The notes under the pieces were generated by a model, which worked only from the letters and a program-made list of their open reading frames with translations, searched no databases and was not told the origin of the DNA. DNA of 64,000 nt from Dipteris shenzhenensis (taxonomy: Eukaryota). The position numbers and the translations under genes are program-made. Below, piece after piece: positions 1-9,985 of this stretch (positions are counted from its first letter, which is position 1; every line of letters starts with the position of its first letter). The DNA is taken from the NCBI GenBank assembly GCA_047967505.1, contig CM106538.1; one strand, written 5' to 3'.

Positions 1-40
1 TAATGTGCATAAGATAGCATTTCACACTACTTTTGGGTTG

Positions 41-1060
41 TATGAGTATTTGGTGATGCCTTTTGGATTGACTAATGCCCATGACAAGAGAAATCACTAA
101 TCCGTGATTAGTAGACATTAAAACATTATTATATATTATATGCCAATGGTGTAACATGTATTTGTATTTATGATGGACATCGACCGATTTGTTATGGCGG
201 TGGATCATCTGAGTAGATAAGACTAGTCGAGCTGGAGCCGCTGCTTCAGACGGCATCAAATTGAGACATGTGACACTTATTCTATTAATAAAAATGTACA
301 CACAGGTGTCTAGGTCCTCGGGGCATTGGAAGGGAAGGGTGCATTAAGGTGCATTGAATGGTAGATGCATGGGTCATAGGCTAAGGGTAGGTGTAAATGG
401 GAAGATGGAACTTGAGTGATCTCAAGGGACATTAATGAAAGGGTATCACCCTTCATTGTGAATCTCACATAGCATTCTGTCTACCACATTGCATTCATCC
501 GCCATCTCTCACACACCTTGCAAGTAGGTCGAAATAGAAACAAGCACTCTCACTAGGGCGCTCTTCCCCATTGGAGGGCCAATCGGCATTCAAATTTTGC
601 ATGCATTGCACACATTTGCATTCTTGAGAAGGCTGGTTCTTCACATCTTTGATGACATAATTGTCTTTTCTAAGTCCGTTGGGGCATATAATATCCAAAG
701 ATGGGATAAGGATGGATCCGGCAAAGATCCAAGCCATTTAGAAATGACCAAAGTTGAAAATTGTGCATGAAGTCCGTAGTTTCCTAGGCCTATGTTCTTA
801 CTACAGAAGATGAATCAGGCATTTTGCGGACATAGCCGCTTCACTTTCACGACCTTATTAAGAAAAATGCAGCTTTTAGATGGGGAATTCCACAAAAGAC
901 AGCATTCACCACACTCAAAGAGAGGTTGACTACCGAGCCAATCTTGATAGTTCCAAATTTGTATCAGCCATTTGATGTGGATTGTGATGCTTGTGGGGAG
1001 TGTGTTGGGGCTGCATTGCATTAGAATGGTCATGTAGTGGCCTATGAGAGCAGGAGACTC
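41..1060 (+). pseudogene. Ty3/Gypsy reverse transcriptase-RNase H remnant, interrupted at 82-645
   Basis: Manual translation gives YEYLVMPFGLTNA (41-79), FDDIIVFSK (~648-674), LGHIISKDGIRMDPAKIQAI, EVRSFLGLCSYYRR, PFDVDCDACGECVGA and VVAYESRRL (to 1060), with stops and frameshifts. Confidence 0.85.
82..645. mobile_element. LTR-like non-coding insert (TG...CA) splitting the Gypsy RT
   Basis: Begins TGACAAG right after the TNA codons and ends TTCACA right before the FDD motif; no TSD seen. Confidence 0.4.
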
Positions 1061-2200
1061 TGGGATGCAGAGAGAGATCTGGGAAGAGTTGCTGTGGTTT
1101 CCCCTCGGCTTTTGAGGCTGAAATCCCCTCTTCTGAGCCTTGGGAAAGTCTCTTGTTTCAGACTTGGGGGTCACTGACTTTTTATCAAGGGCTTGTAGTG
1201 AAGGTACAGTAGTAGGACCTTGCATGTATATAAGATTAGCTACATTGGCTGAATGCATAAGATCTGAAATATCTTTGATATCCTTAGTTTTTACTTGGGC
1301 CTGTATCTTTGGAGTGAGTCCTGCCCAATACTTCCTGAGTTGAGTCTTGTCAAAGATTTTCTTGAAAGGTGAAACCTGTAAATATGAGTCCCAAATTTTT
1401 TGATTATAAGACTCAACTGTATCTCGTGCTTCCATATGCATACTCTCCCAACCAAGGAGGACATGATCCCAAAACTGCTTGGGAATAAACTACTTATAAA
1501 AGGCTTTCTTGAAATACTTCCATTTCTTGGGAGTTGTATAATTAGCAGTTTTAGCTAGCTACCATGCACTGGCTGTACCAATCAAGTGCAAACCAACCAT
1601 ACAAAGTTTCGAGGACTCACCGAAATTTTCCACGCTCAAGGCAGCATCAAACTGCCTTATGAACTGCATTGCCTTTTCAGCTTGGCCATATTGGCCATTG
1701 TAAGTGGCAAATCTCGCTAACTTCCCACCATCTTTAAACTTTGCTTTCTTGCCATACTTCTTCTTCTTCTTCTACTTATGCTTTGGCTCTGAGGATCCAG
1801 AAGAAAAAGATGATGTTGAGGATAAAGAGGTAGAGCTAGAAGAAGAAGACGAACTAGATGAACTATGATGATGCTTCGCCTTTTTCTTCTTGGGAAGATC
1901 AACTCTTTTCCTCTTTTTGCTGTCCCTATGGCGAGACTTCTTACTCTTTCCCAATACCTCATTTGTGAAAAAAGGAGTAGGACTCAAAGATCTCTTTTTG
2001 CCCATCATGTCCTGATTTGCTCCATAGGGAGGTTTCTTTGGCTCTTCCTCAAAGAGAGGTTGTACCATCCTACGAAACAAAGGGTCGCTTCTTGCCTCTC
2101 CCAACTGAGTAATCAGCTCTCTGTAGGCATTCTCTTTATTAATCTGCATAGCCTCTGTCTACTGGACCTGATGAAACTCTGCCATTCCCTCATGGGATGA
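1061..2200 (-). pseudogene. Ty3/Gypsy gag remnant (Retrotrans_gag-like)
   Basis: ORFs 1772-2149 and 815-1441 plus the intervening frame FATYNGQ...AMQFIRQFDAAL...LHLIGTASAW*...WKYFKKAFYK*F...TVESYNQK, a typical capsid pattern, with a Lys/Ser-rich N-terminal part. Confidence 0.7.
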
Positions 2201-2563
2201 TTGGGCATGCTGCTGTGAAGCCATCACTGCAACCAAAATCTGAGATTTGCAACTCTCTTACGCACACTGTGTATGCAACTAATGCACTCAGCCTTTTCTT
2301 TCCTAAGAGGAATACCTCAACAAGAGATGTATTGCATTCACAACTCGTGCCAGTGCCAGGCTGTCAACTCAATGCATAAACCCCCAAAGTTGCTTAAGCA
2401 TTCATTGAACCTTTTCTAGCTGCTGTAGAAAGCACTCAGAATGCATCTGTTTTCCCTTCTCTGTGCACAAAGGCATGCATCTCTTTTATTTCTGCAAAAC
2501 TATGATTTTCTCTGTTTTCTGCTGATTTTCTGGCAGGAAATAATTGAAAGGTAGGTGGAAACT

Positions 2564-2778
2564 GATGTAGTATCTGCAAGAGAGCTTCAAGGCCAGGACG
2601 GATGGGGCAGAGAGAGCAGCCAGGGTGGAGAAGACAATGAGGCAGCTCTCCAGCCTAGGAAGGATGCAGAGATGCAGTATCTGCAAGAGAGCTTCAAGGT
2701 TGCGATGGATGGGGCAGAGAGCAGCCGGGGTGGAGAAGACAATGAGGCAACTCTCCAGCCTAGGAAGGATGCAGAGAG
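2564..2778. repeat. Two-copy tandem repeat of ~107 bp
   Basis: AGTATCTGCAAGAGAGCTTCAAGG...CTCTCCAGCCTAGGAAGGATGCAGAGA is present twice. Confidence 0.85.
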
Positions 2779-2899
2779 CAACCACGGTGGAGCAAGTTGC
2801 AGTAGCCTCACGGTGGGGTTGTTTTTTGGGAACACTATTGGAAGTTCAAAGAGTAAGCTAGAACTGTCTCTACAACTGTCTTTATGAAAAAAAAAAAAG

Positions 2900-3420
2900 T
2901 AACCGGATGAGTAACCGACTGGTTACACTAACCAAACAAGCTGGTTCTGGTCTGATTAGTCTGTAACTGGACTCTCGCAAGAGTAACTGGACTGATCATA
3001 GTTTGGTTACACCAACCAGACTGATCTTGTTACACCAACCAAACTGGTCTGGTTAGGCCAGGTTAACTAGACCAAGGTTTAACTAAATGAGTACTGGTTC
3101 AACTAACCAGAGTCAACTAACCAGGATTAACCAACTATGGTCAGGTTACTCAACCCAACATGGGTTAACTATAGGTCTGCCACCTTAGCATGTGTGTGTG
3201 CCACATGTATACCACGTCATCGCACACGCATGTGCCACGTCAGCGCCACATCAGTTGCCACATGTCACAACTCAATGCCACATCATCAATATGAAGTTTG
3301 AACACTTGCCACGTCAGCACGCTTGCTTGCCTACGTGCCACGTCACCTGCCCTCCTGTGCTACCACATCAGCTCTTTGACGGCCAGAATCCCCACATCGC
3401 GTCGGCTTCTATGTGCAAGA
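2900..3420. repeat. Degenerate short-motif arrays (AACCAG/GGTTA then CCAC(G/A)TCA), probably Gypsy leader or LTR
   Basis: About 10 CCAC(G/A)T(C/G) copies at 3199-3400, preceded by many AACCA/TGGTT motifs. Confidence 0.6.
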
Positions 3421-4504
3421 TCTCGTGAGCGGAGGAGATGGCGGAATAGATGACGATGCAAGGTCGAACCTTGCGCAAGCTTTCTGGTAGTCAATGCTTC
3501 ATTTCGAATGAACGAAACCACCATCTGGTCGTTGATCTTCACCGACACCTAAGCTAGCGTTGACCTACGGAGATCATTCACAGAGATGAGCGTCACCCGC
3601 AAAGAAATTCCCAAGATCTCCATCGGCCCTGCGTCACTTCTCAAAGTGTGCCCGCGTGAAGAGTCACTGCGCATGGAGGCATTGTTACACTGAGAATTCT
3701 CCGTCAGACATTCGTGAGCATGGCGCTTAGATTACACACAAGGTCAATGCTCCCGTCAACCCAATCATTACCCACACAGTAGCTTAAGTTTAGTGGGGTC
3801 TCTGCTTTCATTCTTGGATCCTCGCACGGCGGGGCTGAAATCGACGCCTCTCGCAAGGCTCATTGAAAATACAAAGGCCACACAGAAGAACAAAAAAGAA
3901 ATACGCAAGGAACATCCTAAAACCCAAGTTGTAGGCTATCAACGAGGCATCAACTCGCGTATAGTGATCTTATGATTGCATAGAGATGTCACGCCCACTA
4001 GCCTTTTGACAATTTACTGCAAACACTCTCTCTCGCCCTGTCTCTACAAACACACTAGGGCCCACGACAATCGTCGCGCTGGACCCCCCTAGGTTTTTAT
4101 TACTTGAGAGAAAACTGAGTACATGAGTTCAGCGTAGCACTGTTGTTACAAAAATCCAAAACGTGAAGTAATTACATGAGCTCTCAGGCTCTCTTTCTTG
4201 GCAACATGCCACTTGTCAAATTTCCTAACTAAAAACTAGTTACATGCCACTAAAGGGCAATTTCTGGAGTCCTCGAAGCACTTGGTCACGCGAATGTCCT
4301 CCTAGATGCTTGTCAGGCTCCATAGCACTTTTGGGTTTTCAGTCCCACTTGATACCTACAATTAACAACTAGAGCGCACAACCATGGTACCCATTAATAG
4401 TGGTTAGCACTTTTGCATGCAATTAGACCATAGACTAATCCTAGTCACTTGTGGGCGTCCCCACTGAACAAAACACATGAACAAAACATAAAACAAAAAT
4501 CTTA

Positions 4505-4830
4505 GTAGACCGAGGTCAATCCTCTTGGCTGTAATTAAGGGGCTTGGCCATCAGTTAGAGCGCCTTAATTATGGCCAAGTCTCTCCAACCGAAGTTAGCG
4601 CACCTTAGTTAACGAGGTTAACCCTCTTGGCATGAGCCAAGTCTCGTTGACTAAAGTCAACACTCTTTGGACCGAAGTCAGCACCTTAATTTCCTTGTTA
4701 ACCGTGGTTAACCATCTTGGCCGACGCCAGATCTTCCTAAACAAGGTTAGGCTTACTTAACCGAGGTTAAGTATCTTTGACCGGAGTCAAGACTTTGGCC
4801 AAATGAAAGTAACTCTTTGAACATAATTAA
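4505..4830. repeat. Degenerate array of ACCGAGGT(T/C)AA-like motifs
   Basis: Repeated aaccgaggttaa / accgaagtca / ctcttggc units. Confidence 0.55.
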
Positions 4831-5744
4831 ATAAAAGAAGAACTCATTAATTATGATCAATAAATGGTCAACTTATGCTTTGACTTTTGAATATTTAAAG
4901 CCTGGTGACATTGGCTCTTCTAGATCCTTGAGCCCACGTGCTCCTTTGAGCTCTCTGTTCGGTGATCCCTCCACTGTACTGCCCGGGTAGTCAAAATAGG
5001 TGGGCAGCTTCTCCAAGCTTAATCTGCAGCCCTCCAGCCCACTTTTCTCCTCTTGGATGTAGGCCCAAAAGTTGCTGGTCTGCTGCTCCTTGTTGCTCCT
5101 TGAAGGCTGGTCCAGGTGATGCCTAAAGGGGACCCAAAGGCCCCTTTTTATAGGGGCAAAGCCCCCCTCAAAATAGCTGCCTAGTAGGGGGCGAATTGGC
5201 CGACCCAATCAGCCCCTACACCTGACTTTTGCAGCTCTTCAAAATCCCCCCTAGGTGGGGGCACATAGTCTGAGATTTGGCTGGCCCTGCCTGGCCACGT
5301 GGCAGGCTGCCACTGGCCCTAGGCAGGCCTGCCCTAATCATCCCTGATCCAAGGCCCCTTGGCCTACAAAATCTGCCGTGATTCCTGCTCTTGCTTCTTG
5401 TTGTAGATCCGCACCCTGCCAGGCCTTGTCCAAGTCCCGGCACACCTTCCAACAGGATCGTCCTTGTGTCCGTACTGCAAATAACATAATCTCAACCTCC
5501 TCATCACAGCCCTTTGATGCTGGAAACCCTGCGCAATCCGGCTTGCTCCAGTCATGGACAGCCACGTGGCATTTCCGCCTTTGTAATGCCCTCCTAGAGA
5601 GCCCTCTCTGTCAGCTACTCCTCTTGTGTTTTGCTTTGTCTGACTATTGCCCACACAAACGAGTAGCAACTTTGATTATATATGATGATTGTGGGTTGCA
5701 AGATGATCATAACAGAGAAAATGGTGAAGGAAACGGCCGATGGA

Positions 5745-6633
5745 GAGTTATGGCCAAATTAGAAATTCAGCTTGAAGGAATCTTTGCACAACTAAGGGCA
5801 AGGTGGAAGAATACGAGGAAGCACGAAGACGGCTAAGATAGCCTTGGCAAACTCCAAGAGCTAAACAAAAACTTTAATGAAAAACAAAAGGAAGACATAC
5901 TTAGCCAGCAAAGCAACACTTATGTCGTCATCAGTGCCCAAGCATAAGTAGCTATACTGGGTTTCTAAAGACCCACGGAGTCTCTTGGGCAAACCCAGTG
6001 CTTACAAAAAACCTCCAAAAAAAAAACAAAAGAGAAAGAAAACAAGAAAGGAAGAAGAAAGGAAGAAAGTGACTAAGCAAAAATAAAGAAGCAAGTCAAG
6101 AAACAAAATCTTCCAAAAAACAGGAATAAAATCTCTCTCTCTCTCTCTCTCAAGAAGGCAGTACCACAAGTTGATTGGGATGAGAATGGCATAAGCTTCA
6201 TCACTCGAAAGGGTAACTAGGCACAGATTTACTTCAAAGAAAAAGCCTCAAGGGTCAAGATCCTTAGACAAACCAACAAGCTGAAAGGTACTAGGATTTG
6301 GATATCTGAAGAGCTCACTATGACCCAACTCAAACAACGGGCAAATGAACTCATCAAAGTGAAAGAAGCAAGGAAGGAAGGTAAATGGGCGGTCTACCAA
6401 GATGGGCAAGCACTGATAAGACATTTCAAACCTAAACCCAAAGACTCTGGGTCTTAAACCGATGTTATTCAGATCACTCTTACATAATACCTGAATGTAG
6501 TTATGTTATGCTATTATAATAATATGGGGCTGAGTTGTTGTACTCCCCCACAGACTCTCAGTCTCTAACTGATGCTGTAGTTTTTTGGTTTGTGTATTTA
6601 GTCCCATAGACCCGCGAGGTCTTCCGAGGACGT

Positions 6634-6676
<43 letters not shown>
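5745..6676 (+). mobile_element. Putative ORF1-only non-autonomous LINE derivative with 3' hairpin and (TC)n tail
   Basis: Decayed ORF with a coiled-coil-like start and C-terminus RVKILRQTNKLKGTRIWISEELT...KEARKEGKWAVYQDG (stop 6455-6457), similar to the ORF1 end of the adjacent LINE. No ORF2 before the hairpin at 6600-6632. Confidence 0.6.
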
Positions 6677-6678
<2 letters not shown>

Positions 6679-7018
6679 CGAGCATGGGATCGAGCATGCA
6701 TGGCACACGGGACGGGATCCCACACGTCCACAGCCACTTATCATCCGATTCACGGACACTCAGGCTCAACTTGCAGCACTCAGGCAGCACGCTACACTAC
6801 GGGACCACCCTACCATTTTCATGGATGAGGATCTCACACCTATGCAAGTAGAGGAGCGGCGCACCCTACTTCAGCAGCGAGATGCAGCCCATCAAGAGGG
6901 GAAGTGGGCTGTCGTCCGAGATGGCCGCCTGCTAGTTGGCCCCCGCCGCCGAGCCCCACCAGGTACTCAAGACACGGTAGCAGGCTCCGCCCCCCAAATA
7001 GGGAGACATGGTCTATGA
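6677..7018 (+). pseudogene. LINE ORF1 C-terminal part (RRM/CTD type)
   Basis: IEHAWHTGRDPTRPQPLIIRF...IFMDEDLTPMQVEERR...EGKWAVVRDGRLLV matches the RPRPIIVKF...IFINEDLT ORF1 pattern. Confidence 0.75.
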
Positions 7019-9985
7019 GACTCAGACTCAGCACACAGTACCCTTGGCATGCACCATATGGAACTGTAATGGTACCCTATGGTCTGACCCTGGGAATTTC
7101 TCAGAGTCATACACTGGACGTGACATAGTTTTCTATACAGAGACACACCAAAGCCTCGAGCGCCCTCTCCCCTCGGTCAGTGGCTATACCTCGGAGTCAA
7201 TATTCCGTGAGGAGACCAGAGATACTGGGGGGGTCCGAGGCTCAGGCGGAGTTGCAGTACTCTTCTGTTCAGCACTCATTAGTCTGATATCCGTGGTCAG
7301 ACGGGATGTTCACACCTGTTACCTATGGCTCTGCTTTCGACGCCCTTCCACACGCGACCTTTTTATTGCAGTCTGCTAGTTCCCCCCTGAGACGTCACAC
7401 TTTGCACGGGTGCTACGCGAGGATACGGGGGTATCTCCCTATTTAGATATCCATCCAAACATTGTGGAGTTTTCCAGACGCGGAGAGGTCCTCCTAGTTG
7501 GGGATTTCAACGCAAGGACAGGCACACATCAGACATCCCTCCTGGATTTCCACTCAGATCCGGTCCTATTACCTGAGATGGACATAGAGGACTCGGGCTT
7601 CCCCCGCTCCTCCGCTGACAGTCGAGCCCCCGTTATTGCATATGGGCAGGCTCTTTTGGATCTTGGATGTATACATGATCTGGTCATCTACAATGGACTA
7701 GATCGGTGGCCCGCCTCCTCTGGTTTCACATGTTTCCCACATGGCGGAGGAGCCAGTGTCGTCGACTACATTTTGGGATCTCCTGCTTTAGCCTCACAGA
7801 TCACTCACTTCCGTACCGCACCCTTACCCCCAGGAGCCGACCACACTTACCTTTTCTTTCATCTCCTTACGCCTCGAGCCCCTTCCAGCCACACTCCGCA
7901 CTACACCACCTATCATGATATACACTTTGATCATAACCTCTCACCTGACTACTCAGCCCACCTAGCCTCTCTCCTCAGACACATAGACACCATACCCTCT
8001 CTAGATCACCGAGCTGCCCTCATCACCCACTCTCTCCACAATGCAGCCCGCCACATCTTTCCTTACACTACTCGGTCTACCCGCCCCCCACCCGTTGGCT
8101 CCACCCTTTGCAATAGCTGGTATGATGACGAGTGTAAAGCCTTACGCCGCACACTCTGACTCACGACCCAGCGAAATGCTAGGGCTGACCCACACCTCAC
8201 TAGGGTGACGGGCTCGGTCAGGATTGGTACTAGCTGGACCACAGAGATCACGAGCACTATAGGGGTCAAACAAGGATGTCCCTTGTCACCGACTCTATTT
8301 GGCCTCTACATCGACGAGCTCGAGACCACCATCAGGACACTCGGAGGTGCACGCTGCTCTCTTGCGGAGGCTGTCATCCAGATTCTCTTATACGCAGACG
8401 ATGTAGTACTACTATCCTCCTCTGCTACTGGTCTTCAGCGACACCTGGATGGACTTCATATCTTCTGTGATACCCATGACTTGAAGGTCAACCTTGGGAA
8501 AACCAAGGTAATGATCTTCAACACCTCCCGACCCGCTATGCATCGAGAGCAGTTCCTCTTCGCCGGCGACCCTGTTGAGATAGTCGACTCCTATACATAC
8601 CTGGGCGTTGTATTCTCAGGCTCGATCTTCACGATGCGCCTGGCCATGCAGGCCAGGATCAGTCGAGGCTATGCCGCTCTTGCCAGACTGGAGCGACAGT
8701 GCTACCACTCTCACTTTCAAGACCCGCGGACCAAGTCTCTTCTTTTTTATTCCTTGGTCCGCCCAGCAGGCATGTACGGCAGCCCATGGTGGGGGGCCGA
8801 CCTTTCAGACACAGAGTGGGCACGCGTCGAGTGCCTACAGATACTGATGTTTGCTTGGATGATCCGCAGCAAACCATCGATACCTCATCAGATCATCTTA
8901 GCAGAATTCGGCGCCTCACCAGTACAGCTTGATGCGGCCTTCCAGGCTATCACTTATCTACACAGGGTCAGGGACTTCAGCTCCTCTTTTGACGCTCGCC
9001 TCCGCCTACCTTGGCTAGCCTTATCCTCCTCTATGGCATCCGCTGATGGGGACCAACGATGTTGGTATGGACGCCTTTCTAGCTGGTTCACCCGACTCGG
9101 CCTCGACATGGACCGGTTGCCTCCTTTTCAGTATAGCCTCGATGCTCCACCATCCCCTTTCTCCCCCACTGACCAGGAGGTCAACCAGATCATCCGAGGA
9201 CCTGCTCTAGCTTCACACCTGGAGGACTTGGTTTCTTCACCCCGAGCTTCCTGTGAAGCTCGATTGCTATCGTCGACACTGCCTCCAGATCTCACAGGAG
9301 GGTTTCATCATGCCCCCGGGTTATACACAGATTCATCTACTGCATGCGCTCCGGATTTCACTCGGCCAGTTTAGGGTTTCGTCACACCGATTACGGATCG
9401 AGAGCGGACGCACAGAGGGTATCCCACGAGAGGGCCGCATCTGCCCACTTTGCAACCTGCAGGAGATCGAGTCGGAGGAGCACTTTGCTTTCAGATGCCC
9501 TATCTATTATGCCATCCGAGGCCGGTACCACTGCCTATTCCGCGATGGATTCGGCCCCCTCCCACGCATGCTGGAGTTCTCGGACCAACGGTGCCTAGCC
9601 GCTTTCTTACATGAGATGACCTGCCACCGAGATGCATCTCTCCGGGCACGACAGCATGCGCAGCCCACACGGCGTGAGGACACTCAGCGACCCATCACTG
9701 ATTTCTTCCAGTCACAGGATACCTCTCCTCAATCTAGCCGACGATGCGGACGTGAGCGAGAGCCAGAGCCACGACAGCTGCGCCAGCAGCGACAGATACA
9801 TCCGGGTCCATGACATCCCTTCTATGCTCTCAGCCCGCCCTACTGGGGTCACCGTCGCTCTCGTTCTTCACCATAGGGCCACCCGCCGCCCCCGACGACC
9901 AAGCTCGACTAGGCAGCGTGACGTGAGAGGCCAATCATCCATCGCAGGGTTTTTTTCGACCTCCCATTTTACGGCCCCTCTATGA
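7008..9985 (+). pseudogene. LINE ORF2: APE endonuclease, partial RT, CCHC finger, basic tail
   Basis: IWNCNG, GSGGVAV, VGDFNART, SVVDY, ADH; GVKQGCPLSPTLF, LLYADD, YTYLG; RICPLC...ESEEHFAFRCP. Stop at 7377, deletion near 8160-8205, frameshifts near 9200 and 9800. Confidence 0.9.
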
